Source: Cenococcum geophilum
Taxonomy: Eukaryota
Direction: 5' to 3'
Length of the DNA stretch: 64,000 nucleotides
NCBI GenBank assembly: GCA_050273025.1
Contig: CP158635.1
Span: forward strand, 29,264,001-29,328,000
Position numbers and translations under genes: made by a program. Position 1 is the stretch's first letter. Each line of letters begins with the position of its first letter. Positions 13,123 through 27,002 of the stretch are shown piece after piece. The notes under the pieces are model-generated. The model made no database searches. It worked only from the letters and a program-made list of their open reading frames with translations, and had not been told where the DNA came from.

Positions 13123-16100
13123 GTAATATATAATCGTAAGGTTCTTTAGAGAATTAATAAGACTTTATAGCAGAAGTTTACTAGTTATACTTTTTAAAGG
13201 AAGCTATATAATACTACTATAAAGCTTACTAGGCGATTAAACTCTATTAAATCTACATTCTAACTTAATATAAGCTATATAATTAATTAGCTTAATTTAA
13301 AAGAAGAACTCTTAAGGGTAGTAAAAGGATATTACGGTCGCGATAATAGCTTGTTTAAGCGGCTTAAAGTTTGTTAGGAATAGGGCAAATTGCCACCATA
13401 TAAGGCAAATTGCCGTCACGTGGGGCAAGTTGCCGTCACGTGTCGCCGCGGCGCTAGCGTGGCGAGGAGCCTTAAGCTCTTCGCCCTTCCTAATGAAAGA
13501 AAATATACAATTAATAAATATTATACTATCTACGAACCGTAGCTACGTGATATCCCCTTATAAGTCCAATACTAATTAGTGGTTAACTTTATAGTTATGC
13601 TATAGAACAGCTAGGTATTTACTAAGAAGAGACGAGCTACTGTACTAGTGCTACTTGTGCTAAGGGAAGCTGTCTTTTAAGGTTAGAACTGGTCCTAAAC
13701 CTTAAATAGAACTCTTTTATAAATCTAAGGATTTAAAGGCTAGAACTAGTTCTAAGCCTTCCCTAGATTACAGATTCTTGCGTCTATTATACAGAATAAT
13801 ACGCTTTATAAGTCTTTATAATTTAAGGCTAAAACTAGTCCTAAGCCCTATAATTATAAATATATATTATAAACGCGTACCAAATAATAATCTCTATACC
13901 ACTAATATTCCCTTCCTCTAAAGATATAACTATGGCTACTTTAAACAACTAAAGAGACTTCTTACTACTAGGGGTAGCTATATACACGAAACTTATTAAT
14001 AAAGATTAGAACGTATTTACCTTTAATATAATAACCTATACCGCAAAACAAGTTAACGGCTTTCTCCTATACTATATTCTATTTTACTAAGATAGCTACT
14101 ACGCCGATTTATAGTTATAGGAATACTTTAGGGAGGATTTTATAGGATGGACCGCCGATACCTAGGTACTTGGTAATATTAATATTATTTAGGATTTTTA
14201 AGACTCCCTCTAAAGGAATAGGGTATATATTACTAAGGACGGTAACCTATTTACCAGTAATATTTACGCCGTTTTTACTAGTATAAAAGAACTAGTATAG
14301 ACGGAAGCTAAGATTATACGTTAACTATGGAAACCTAAAACCAACCTATATTCTTTAGAAGGCAACTTTAATTTAGAATAAAACCCCTAGAATACTACTC
14401 TCCTACCTAGAGGTACTCTCCTACCTAGAGGTGCTCTTCTTCTACCTTTACTACTTTTAACTCCTCTATCCTAGCTAACTAATAAGCCTCTATTTTAAGA
14501 AGTCACAAATCTAATAAAGGTATATTTAGACGAAGAGAAGAAGTTTAGAGGAGAATTGTATAATATACTCGGAGTAAAACTATAGGTCTTTTATAATTGC
14601 TACAATAAGGTTAAAATTTAACGCCACTAGTTCTATTATACTTTCTCTATTATATTAAAGGGACGGGCGGCAACGTTCTATTACAACTATATTATAGGTA
14701 AAAACTATAGCTTTAATGTAATACTTTAGCTTACTAGAGCCTACTTTAAAACTAATAAGAACTGCCAACTCTATATATCCGAATGGCGGGAGACTATATT
14801 TTAGAGAGTTATTGCTTTTAACCCAATAACGACTCGCCTAGAGTATCTTTAACTACTTTTTAATAAACTCTAGAAAATCTAATATAGTTTTACTAAAACC
14901 TACTAAAACGAGAATAGTCTAAGGGACTAGGTTATTTTAGTATGCCGTAGCGTTCTTAAGTATAACTTAGCGCTATATAAACCTATAGATATATTTAAAG
15001 GAGTATATGCCGAACTACGCTCTACTATAGGCACTGTAATGCGAATATAAGAACCCCAATAATTCTATATTAAAAACCCTATTTAAACCGGGATTCTAGA
15101 CTAATATAATTATAACTAGACTAATAAAATATATAGTGGCTGGAGTAGGGGATATAATAGAGGGTACGATTAACGTTAACTATAAAGTAATTATGGAGGT
15201 CCTTATAGAGGTTTATTTTGGAATAACTATTAGAAGAAGTGCTATATTTATAAGAAGCCAAATTGCTAGTTAAATAGATACTCTCTTAATAAGCAAAAGG
15301 AGGTATATAATAAGTTCCGATAGAGTATAAGAAATGTTAGAAATTATAAGACTACTATGGCCTACTTCTAAAGCTTTCTAGTCTAATATAAAGGTATAGA
15401 AGACCTTAAGGATAAGGTTAATAAGGCTGAATAGCTCCTTATAGATATGGACATTAAGGACTACTCTCCTAACTAATACTTTACTAAGTATAGTAAGGTA
15501 AATGGCATATAAACCGTCGCTATCCTTAATAACTAATCTACGTTCCATTCTATTATAAAGTTAGATATCTTTAATAAGCTAAAGGAAAGTTCCGCGTTCT
15601 CCTTTAATAATAAATACTTAGTAAATGTCTTCTATAGTATTATGCCAGATACTAGAGCCGTAGGAGTATCTATAGTAGGAGAACCTTAAGTTTAAGCTCT
15701 TTAGCAGCTTAATAGCTCTATTTAAATTAACTAATTAACGGCAGGCCAATATATAATTTACTTTAGTAAGGGTACTATAATCTCTCTTAGCACAATTAAG
15801 GTCTAAACCCTATTAGGATATATTACCTTCCACGTTATTCCCGCGAATACCCTATTCCTATTTTATATCCAAGATATAAATAAATTAGGCGTTAAGCTCG
15901 ATAACCTTAAGAATATACTTATTTAGGGAGATAATTGGGTGCCTATTATACGTAAGTAGGGTTACCCTTAGTTGCTCCTCTAATAACCAGAAAGAAGCGT
16001 TGCTTAGAGTTACTTAACTAAGTTAAAGCTACGTTAACTACACCGTTATTTTGGCCACCTATCCGTTTACTAACTACTTAGGGTTTTTTAATAAGTAGGT

Positions 16101-19100
16101 TATAAAGTTAAGGTTAAGGCAATTAAGCATCTTATAAAGTACTGCTATTACTACTAAATAAACTAGAAGTCCCCTAGCTGATTTAAGTTTACCCTTAAAG
16201 ATAACTATAACTTTAACTTCTATATCATTATTAATATTATATATCTTAACGGCAAGCTAGTCCTCTAAGCTATTAATTTATTAACCTCCTTCTAAGCCGC
16301 ACGTTTCTTAAGGGATATATTAGTTAGGAACGTATAGGATACCCTTTAGTTATACTAGATTAATGTCTACCTAGGACCCCCTAATTAAATTATTTATAAT
16401 ATAGGAAAGAACTTCTTATCTATAGAGTTTTGATAATAGGCAAAAGCAATAGCAATTAAGGTTAAGGAAGTCCCTATTAAGGCATATAATAGTATTAAAA
16501 AAGTGAAACAATATTATATGCTATTACGCCGAGCATATAAGATTATTTCTTTAGAACTAGAGAACGCTAGTAAAGAAATTATCTTATAGATGGCTGTTAA
16601 GGCTGTTAATAATTCCGCTGGCCTAAATAGGCTTATACCTACGTTACTAGTCTTTAGCGACTACCCTTAAATAACTAATAATTCTTTACTATTTTCCTCT
16701 ATTATATAACGAGTTAAGGCTATTCGTAAAGTAACAAAGGAGATATAACGTCTATACGCTATACGCTAGGTTAATAACGTACTAGGAATAAGAAATAGCC
16801 TAAATACCTTAACTACGCTTAATCTGCCACTTTAATCTAAAGTATAGGTATAGCGTGAAAAGGGAGGATAGTTAGGCCCATATAAAATTATTATAATTAA
16901 TAGTTAAACTTATACTCTTTAGATGCCCCATAAACCTACTTAATTCCGTTTAACCGTTATTAGGCCTTACTATAAAGATAACAGTTTCGAGCCTTTGCAG
17001 GATACCCTAGAAGATACCCTAGAAGATGCCCTAGAGGAGAACTACGATTAACGTGCCCTAGAAGGCGACTGTAATCCTAATATAATTATAGTAGACGTGC
17101 CGCAACTATAACGCGGTAGAGGTTACCCGAAGGGATTACGAAATCGCTAACATCTTATTAATTTTAAAGAGTAATTTATTGCTGCTATAGAAAGTAGAGT
17201 TAAGTTATTAATGGCCTTTATAACAGCTAAAGAGAAGGCTAACTTTAAGCTCGCAAAACAGCTTTAAAAGGAAGGTTATATTATAACTTTAGGAGCTCCT
17301 TTCTAAGTATCTAATAAGCAGGAAATTGACAGTCTTATTACAAAAGAAGTCTTTAAATTTAAGAAGTATGACCCTACTAAGTTTAATGGAATTTGCATCT
17401 TTAAGTTAAGAATGGTTAACGAGATTAAGGGTAAGGCTACTAACGCCCTATTTAAGAAATTAAGGCTTATTATCTAAGGCTACAACGATAATAGTAAGGA
17501 GACAATCCTTACGCAATCCCCTACAATTTAACAAGCTAGTTAGCGAGTTATTATTATACTAGCTTCCTCCTTAATAAAGAACGGAATAGCAGTTTATTTA
17601 TAAGATATTACTTAGGCCTACACCCAATCAAAGACGCGCCTTTAGCGCTTAATACTAGCATATCTTCCGAAGTAAATTCGCCACTAATATCCTAAAGATA
17701 CAATTATGGTTGTGTTTAAGCCACTATATAGAATTGCAGAGGTAGGAACTTATTAGTGGGCTACCTATAGCAAGCACCATAAAGAGAAGCTTCTAATAAC
17801 TATCTCTATATTTAATCCCTGCTTTCTTATTATAACTATAGGAACTCTATTTAGAATTATTGGCATATAAACCAATAATATAATTATCTTAGGAGACAAT
17901 TAATTCTTAGCTCTTAAGGAAGATAAGCTAGTAAAGGCAAATCTTATAGTAAAGCTAAAAAAAAGACTTAATATAATAACGCTATTACTCTTTAATAGAT
18001 ATATCCTTTCCCTAAATAAGGACTCCATTGCTTTACGCCAGAAGGGTTAAGGTAAGAAGATTAACGTTGTTAACATTAATTCCCTAAAGTAAGGATACGT
18101 AAAGCAACATATTTATAGAGTTTATATTACTTCTATCTATTAGCCTAAGGCTTCCTTTAATCTCTTTATTGCCGCTTAATACTAGAAACCAACTAAGGAG
18201 GACGTCCTTACCCTAAATAAGCGCCTTTTCTAGCAAATAACCTATCTTAATCAGGGACTACTTTATATGTCTATTAATCTTCCCACTACTAAGCTCTTTG
18301 TATTTATTAATAGGTTATTTATAAATAATAAAGATTTTAGCTCCTAGCTAGGATATAAGATTATTATTACAAATAAATCTACTAGAGAGAATAACTTTAC
18401 AATCTACAGTAATCTTATTTATTAGAGCTTAACTAAAAGTAAGCGCATTACTTAAAGTGTTCTAGCATTAGAGATATATAGAATAGTTAGCGGAGTTAAT
18501 ATAGCAATTACAATTAGAACTACCCTTAAGATAATTATAGATCGGCTTAAACTTCCCGCTATTCCTATAATTATATACACTAACTTATATTCCCTCTATA
18601 AGTATTTAGTTAAGCTTAGTACTATAAAAAAGAAGCGTCTTATAATTAATATTATAGCCCTTTAGCAATCCTACAAGCGTTAAAAACTCTTTAAAATTTA
18701 ATAAATTAATGGCTAAAATAACCCGGTAGATGCGATAATAAAGGTAAACCTAAATAAGGCACTAGAGACGTTTGTTAACACGAATACTCTATATATATAA
18801 GTTAAAGGTTAGGTTAAAAGGGAGTAGAAGAATTCTATAGACCCTAATTCTAAACAGCTAATTAGGATTTTCTATCCCCGGGATAGAAAATCACTATTAG
18901 CTCGCTTACGACTAGCGCCTTAGCGGCCTACTCGTCTTCGCGTTAACCCCTAACGCCCTTCTTCTTCTTCTTCCTTCCCTTAGCTTTATACCTTTATATA
19001 GTAGCAATCTATAAGTGTTTATAGATGGCAACTACAAAAAGAAGAGTTGCTAGTATTGGGAATAGGGCAAATTGCCGCCATATAAGGCAAATTGCCGTTA

Positions 19101-20191
19101 TATAGGGCAAGTTGCCGTTACATGTTGCCGCGGCGCTAGCGTGGCAAGGAGCCTTAACCTCTTCGCCCTTCCTAATGGAAGAAAATATACAATTAACAAA
19201 CATCATACTATCTACGAACCGTAGCTACGTAATATCCCCTTGTGAGTCTAATAAAGTTAAACTCGCTTTAGAATATATTAAGATAATTAAGTAATAAGCC
19301 ACTTATACTCCTGCCCATTCTTCTATAATTAGCTTTATAATTAGCTCTAAAGTCTTTATAGAGCTCTTTACTAATTATATTACGGCCTATAAATAGCAAT
19401 ATTATTACTTTTACTATAATTCCTAAGATGAGCTTTATAAAGGTATTTTAACGGTAATAATATTATAAAAACTGCGGTAGTAATTAGTGCTAAGTATATT
19501 AGTAAGTTAACTACTAGCTAATATAGGAAGATATAAAAGAATAAAGTTAGTTAATTAATTAAGGCCTTATTACTAAATATATTTCTCTAGTTAGCTTAAT
19601 ATAGAAGCTTTTTAAAAGGAAAATAAGTAGTAAAAAGAAGGAGTAGATTACCTCTAAGGCCTTTATACTAAGTATTCCGGGTATTATAAATTAATTCTAT
19701 ATTAATCCAATTAGTAATTACTATAGACGCCTATTTACACCCCTAGTAGCCTTACTTTTAGGCTTAAAGTTATTACTAATTACTTCTCTGCTATATATAT
19801 AAGGTATTAACCGGCTTATAGATTTATAAGAGTATTTTAATTAGTATAAGAAAGTGGTAGAAGACTCTAAGGCCTAAAAGGACGATATTAAAGCTACTTA
19901 CTAAGTTACTTTTACTAAGCGGTAGGATTTAAAGATAATTAGATAGTAAAAACTAGATAAGTAAAGCAAATCGCTAATAAAGGTAATAATTAAGGTAGGC
20001 GTTCTAAAGACGATTACTAAGAGATTTTAAATAGATATAAAGGAGTAGAAGGAGCTTAAGGCGTACTTAAAAGTAATCTAGAGAGCCTTAGACTTGGCTA
20101 GTAGTAGATTTTTTACTTAAGTATACGCCTGCTTATAGGCACTTATTATAATATATTCTTTAGCAGTAATTCTTATATAAATTATATATAG
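13123..20191 (+). other. Unassigned RIP-degraded coding-like sequence (13123-13371 + 19259-20191), host of Copia C
   Basis: Continuous across the AAGTT TSD of element C. De-RIPped reading gives a charged, coiled-coil-like peptide, but no motif was recognised. Confidence 0.3.
13372..19253 (+). mobile_element. Full-length Ty1/Copia LTR retrotransposon, family C, RIP-inactivated
   Basis: 200-bp LTRs at 13372-13571 and 19054-19253. TSD AAGTT on both sides. Domain order gag-PR(DTGA ~15647)-IN(LH..FGHP ~16037)-RT(KSRLIIQG, DITQAY, LKPLYG)-RNaseH(FVDGSFANNKD..SQLG; NPVDAMTK), with integrase before RT. Confidence 0.95.
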
Positions 20192-23100
20192 TGTTACAGC
20201 ACTAGCGAAAAATAGTAGCTAGTTATAGTTATAGTAGACGTTATAGTAAATATATAGTTATATAACTAGGAGACCATATAAAAACCCTACTTTAAGCGGC
20301 GTTACTATTATTCTCCTTTTATTTTTTTAGCTTTAGATCTTTATTAATAGATAATCCAATTATATAGACTTATATATATCCTTCTTAATGTACTTATACC
20401 TCGATTAACTAAGTTACTAATATTATCTAAAGGACTCTATAAAATCGGCCTCTATACCTCCACGTAGTAGAGCCTAGGAACTTAGCAGTACTATTAGCAT
20501 TCTATTAAAATCGTGCTAATAAACTACTAGAGTAAACGCAGAGACGTGTATACGGCTACGTAGCGCCAGCGCTGTAATATAGTAAGTTTTTTTTTACTAG
20601 AAGGGTGAGCCCTAACGGAGGCCTACGAACACAACTACTACGTCTTTACATACACGTTTAGTACACTTAAATTACGGTATCTACCTATAGCAGCGGCCCC
20701 CTTCTTCTTATACGGTATAATAATATACTATATAGTACCTATATATAGCTAAACCGTATATACCTTATAGGCGGAAGGCCTATAATAAGCCTTTTATTTA
20801 AACTGCTCTATACTCCCTCTATACCTTAATCTACCTAGTATATTTTAATACGTAGTATAGTGCGGGTACTTAGCTATAGGGGCTTAATGTACCTCTATAG
20901 CTAGTATTAAGTTAAGCGCGCTATTAAATATAGGAAGATAGGAGATAAAGACTAAAAAGGGTTATTAGAAAGGGAGTGCGATTTAGCTATAAGTAGGAGG
21001 ACTATAGGCGACGTAAATATATATATAGGGTAGTAAAAAAACTAGGGGTAGGTAGATAACAATATTTAGTAGTGGTTTATAATAATATAGAAGTATAGTA
21101 TAAAGGGTAAATAGGGTAAGAGAGATAATTAAAATACTACCTTATAGGAGTCTTAAAGCAATAACCTAATAGTATTTTTCCTCCTATTAATATAGTACGG
21201 GTATACTACCTAAAGGGATATATATTATATTACCTCTTATATCTCCCTTAAAGGTTTTCTATATGGATATGTCTATATAGCTAAGCAAGCACTGTAGCAG
21301 CACCCCTACATCTCAGTAACACTAACATTATCAATATTTACAAAATTGAGCCTTACTTACTTGCTTTCTATATTAGTCTTATTTAAGAGCTAATGCCTTA
21401 TTTACTTAATTTCTAATAATTAATTATTGCTGTTAATAACTTAATAACCTATACGCTCGTCTAAACCTTCGCAAATCGTCCGTAAAAACCTCAAAAACTC
21501 AACTAATAACGACATACTTGATGAGCTAAACTCCTTAGAGGTTACCTACTAGTCTCCCTTACCTTTCCCTACACCTTTAGGCAATACGCCAGCGTTATAG
21601 TTTCCATCCTCTATAATAGCGCCTCTCTCCACAGCTTAACGCGAGACTTTAGCTGCTAAAAAAGCTAAAGAATGGCTTTAGTAACTATATGTTAGGCTAT
21701 AGAGACGCACTGGCTATAACCGGCTTAGCGTAGGCGAGGCGCAGGCGAGGCGCCTACAAAACGTAGTCGCCCCGTATTAGAGAACAGCAGAATTTAGTTC
21801 TATAGTTCTACTTTATTAAGAACCAGAAACTCTTTGTATTCTGCTACTGTTATTATGTTATTATATGCCCTAAGGACCTTGGCGTCCTAACAGTACTAAA
21901 TTCTCATCCCTTTTTAGGGGTAGTAGCCCGACAATATAGCGGTCTATAAAGGCCATAACTACATAGCAGCAACCCTCTGTCGAGAAGACGACCTGTATTT
22001 ATTAGCTATATTATAGCCTATTAACCTAATGGTGAGACGCGGGCGTACTAGCGCAATGCGTAATACCGAGTCTAGGGATCGGCCCTAGGACGACATAGGC
22101 GAACCTATGTCGTCCCGGACAGAACCGGAAGCTATAAACAAAGGGGATATATAGGAAGAAATACAACGGCTAGAAAACGAGAAGCTACAACTCCTAGAGT
22201 AAAGAAAACTACACTCGCTTAAGGAAGAGGTGGAAGTGCTAAGACGGCGTTAACGCGGTAAGGCGACGTCGACTTCCGTTCCTGACCCAGATCTGCAACC
22301 TTAAACTATCCTATCGGAGTACTTAGATAGTAGCCAGATGCGTCCGAACCTTAAGCGGAAGGCTACTAATATAATAGGCGCTTTGTTAAAACGGGCCGTT
22401 AAAATAGAGAAGATTGCTTTGTATTATGGTAAGACTATATAAGAGCACCAAGACTTCCGCAACAGCTTAAAGCTAGCGTTCCGCCTAGAGCGCGATAGCT
22501 TCTTAAATAAGGATACTAAAGTCGCGTTTACTATATAATATATAAAGGGGACTAACCGAACCCTTTAGCTACAGTATAAAGATGACCACTCAGATATACA
22601 GTTTACTTGGGAGAAGCTAATAGAATTCCTACTTAACTAAATTAAAAGTCCTATTAATCGAGAACTCTATGTAGCCCTAATATATACGAAGGCAATGCAG
22701 TGAACCGATTAACCAGTAAATAAGTTTACTGCTTACCTAACCTCCTTAGAAGCGTAAATTAACCCTCCTTATAATGTAAAGCATCTAATAATACATCTAT
22801 TTGTAAAGCTGTAGCTAGAGCTACGGGTTGCTATTACTAACTATTAAAAATTCCCTTAAATACGAGATCAGCTAGTTTCCCTAGCTGCCCTATTAGAGGA
22901 AAACTAGAAGAGCGTAAGCGCCCCATAGGGTAGAAGTAATAGGCGCGCCGTAAACTTAAATATAAAGACCACCTAGTCGGGTAACTTAGGGAAAGCGGAC
23001 TCTAAAACCACCGCTGGCGACTTAACGGTGGGGCGAAGTAATACTACTAGGGGTTTAACTTAGCCTAAAGGAAACTATAAAATTTATGGCAAGCCAGGAT

Positions 23101-26100
23101 ATTAGTGGCGACAGTGCCCGAAGTAGTAATAGTAACAGCAGCTGCTACTAAGTAGCGTAAACGCCATCTCTATGCTGGGAAAAGGTAGGCGCCCTTAAAG
23201 CCCCTTATACCCGTAGGGCGCAAGCTACTACTAGATTGTGAGGAAGCTATTACTGTTTTAGGAGAAGTCCTATCTAAGTAAACTTGGAAGGAGACCTTAG
23301 TAATGCTTAATCTCGGCGCCGAAGTAAATATAATCAATTAGCGATTCGTAATAAAGTATAACTTTAAAACACTAGATATAGAATTACCTACCTACTCCTA
23401 GTTAAATAAAACTTAGGCATATTGCTATAAAGCCTATAAGGTACTATTAAGAATAAAGGATAGCTAAGGCAGGATTAGGGAAGTAACCCTTATTTGCTAC
23501 GGAATGGCTAACGCATCCCCTACTATTACCCTAGGTATGCCGGGGTTAAAGAAGGCCCGACTTCTTATTAACTGCGAGGCAAAGGCGTGGCGATGGAAGC
23601 TAGACGGCTTATCCCTATTACTATAAACCCCTAAGGGTTTCGCGGAGTCTCTTTAGAGGGAATCTAGGGTCTTCGCCTTAGTGATTGCTGGATTAATGCC
23701 TAGTAAATAAGATAACGGCAGCTTGCCGGTCCTTCCCCTATAGTTAAAAGAAGCTAGCGATATCTTCTTATATAAGGAAGCAGGAAAGCTACCCTAATAC
23801 TACTAGGGCGACTATGCTATTGACCTAGAAGAGGGATAGGAGGTCCTATATAGACCGCTCTATAACCTTTTAGTTAAGGAGCTGGAGGTACTAAGGGAGT
23901 ACTTAGATAACGCCTTAGTTAAAGGTTAGATCTAACTAAGTACTAGTCCTATAGGGGCACCTATCCTATTTGTACCTAAAAAAGATAGGAAGCTGCGGCT
24001 CTATATAGACTATAGAGGCCTTAATAAGATAACGATTAAGAATCGTCTCGTACTACTATTAATTAGTGAGACCTTGGACCGCTTAGTAGGTTCTAAGATC
24101 TTTACTAAGTTAGACCTAATAAATGCGTACTACCGCCTTTGTATCCGTCGGGGCGATAAGTAGAAGACGGCGTTCCGCACGCGTTACGGCCACTTTAAGT
24201 ATTTGGTTTTACTTTTTGGGTTAACTAACGGACCAGCGACCTTTTAGGGCTACATTAATTGAGCCTTATTAGGACTGGTAGACGTCTTCTATGTGGTCTA
24301 CCTTAATAATATTCTAATTTTCTCTAAAAATCTAGAGGAACACTGGCGCTATATACTAGAAGTGCTACGTAAGTTACGGCAATATTAACTATATGCAAAC
24401 CTTAAGAAGTGTAGGTTTGGCGTACGAGAGGTTAAGTTTCTAGGATACATTATTAGTTCTAAAGGCATAGCAATGAATCCTAGCCGGGTAGAAGCTATTA
24501 CCAAGTAGGAGAGCCCTTAATCCTATAGGGATGTCTAGGTCTTCCTAGGTTTTGCCAACTTTTACCGCTAGTTTATCTATAAGTACTCTGCTATTGCGAA
24601 GCCTATTACTAATCTCCTTAAGGGAGTAAAGAACGGCCGTAAAGCTAGGCCTTTTAGTTGGCCAGAAGAGGCGGAGCAGGCGATACGCCGGCTCTATAAC
24701 GCCTTTATAATGGCGCCGTTTTTGTAACACTACACGCCGGGCTTACTAACCTAGTTAGAGACTAATGCCTCTATGCAAGGCCTAGCAGCAATTATATCGC
24801 AGCTATTTAAAGATAGCCTTTGGTATTTAATAGCCTTCTAGTCTAGAAAGCTTTCGCCAGCAGAGCGTAATTATAAGACCCACGATTAGGAGCTACTAGC
24901 TATCGTAGAGGCTTTTAAGTATTGGAGACACTATATTAAGGGGCTATTAAGCCGCCTAGAAGTGCTCACAGACTATAATAATCTGAAGGGTTTTATAAAA
25001 GTAAAAGCCCTTAATGGACGGCAAGCCAGATAGGCTATAGCATTAGCTGCCTATAACTTTATTATTAAGCATAGGGCGGGAAAAACGAACCCCGCAGACG
25101 CGCCATCAAGGCGACCCCTAGGCGTAGGGGGTCCGCCAGAAGAAGACACTATGCTACTATTGCTCCAAAGGACTTTGGGAATGTAGGGCCACTAACCTAA
25201 GGTAAAAGTCCTATTAGGTGTATAAGAAAGCGAGCCTTTTATAGAGATATCGTTTCTATGGCTATAAGCTAGCGACCCAACGGCGGTACGCCTAGGCTAT
25301 ATAGCATTACGGTTTAACTGGGCAACCTATATATATGCCGTTGAGTAGTGTGTAATAAGGACCTAAGTTAGAGTAGCAAGCGCTTAAGAGAGTGCCTATA
25401 AGTCTAGTACGGAAATAGTCGTCGAGCTTATTAAAGGACTTTAAACTATAGATAACTTTATACTGCAAAAGCGCAGCAACAGCGTAGATACGGCGAGACA
25501 CCGTTAACGCGCCCGCTCGAAGCCAGTATGGCAGTTTAATTCTGCTGGACTACTTTATTACCGCGGGAGGTTATATATACCCCTAGACCCAGCAGTTTGT
25601 GTAAAGCTCCTACAGATCCACTACGATGATGCCCTAGCTGGGCACTTTAGTGAGAAAAAGACTCTAGATCTACTCTCGCGCAAGTACTACTAGCCCAGTA
25701 TAACTACGGACGTTGTGAACTATATCTCTACCTATGATCTATACTAGCGTATATATGCGCCTTAACATCGCCCTTATAGCGAGCTCCAAACGCTGCCTTG
25801 CCCGGATTAGCCGTGGCAGGAGATTACGATGGACTTTATTACAGGCCTACCGCCTAGCAGACGAGGTAATAAGGTGTATAACGCGATATACGTAATAGTC
25901 GACCGCTATACTAAGATGGCTTTGTATCTGCCTATAGTAAAAACTATTATAGCAACTGAACTTACAGACCTCTTCCTTAATAAAGTAGTACGCCGTTTCG
26001 GAACCCCTAGGGGGATTATCTTTAATCGCGGCAGTATCTTCACTAGTGAGTTCTGGTCGGAGCTATGCTTTACTGCGAAGATAAAACGTAGGCTAAGTAC

Positions 26101-27002
26101 GGCTTTTTACCCGCAGACGGATGGGTAAACAGAACACCAGAACCAAACCCTAGAGTATTACCTCCGTATATTCTATGACGAGAAGCAGAGTAACTAGTTA
26201 GGCCTCTTATTGTTAGCCAAATTCGCCTATAATAATGCTAAATATAGCATAACGGGTATAAGCCCGTTCTATACCTGCTATAGGTTTTACCCGCGTCTAG
26301 AATATAAGGTCTAGGCGGATAATAGTAGTTCTGTTCTAGCCGCCTCTAAGAGAATTAAAAGAATATCCCTTAAACGCGAAGCGCTGGCGAAACGCTAGGA
26401 GTACGCCGCTGAGGCGTAGGCGAAATACTATAATTGTCGTCACTAACTATAGGTATATAAAGTAGGGGATCTAGTTTTACTATCGACTAAGAACCTTAAA
26501 CTAAAAAGGCTAAGTAAGAAGCTTATAGCACGCTTTATTAGACCTTTTAGTATAGCCAAACCTATTAGAAAGTAAGCGTACCGGCTATATCTACCTACGT
26601 CTTACCGTATTTACCTAGTGTTCTATATCAGCTTGCTAGAGCTATATAAACAACATAAGGGCACTACTAGAGACCCTCTACTAGGGCCTATTAAGCTAGA
26701 TGATAAAAAGGACCAAGAGGACTAGTATGAGGTAGAAGAAATACGTAGAAGGAAGGGATGTAACTAGACCCTATAGTACCTGGTTAAGTGGAAAGGCTGG
26801 CTAAAAGAGTATAACAAATAGGTCCTAGTAGAGGACATTAATAAGGACGCAAAGGAGATATATAATAGTTACTTTACCCTAAGGGGTAAACGGAAAAGAA
26901 AGTAGATAGAAGAATAAAAAACTTTTAATTACGCCTTACTAGTAGGGCAACGACGGAACAACAGCGGAGTAACGGTAGTACGCCGATAAAAATATAAATA
27001 CT

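Noticed and set aside
19009..19294. Short ORFs over LTRs (also 53836-54071 and 58219-58452)
   Set aside because: They lie within LTRs and have no coding features.
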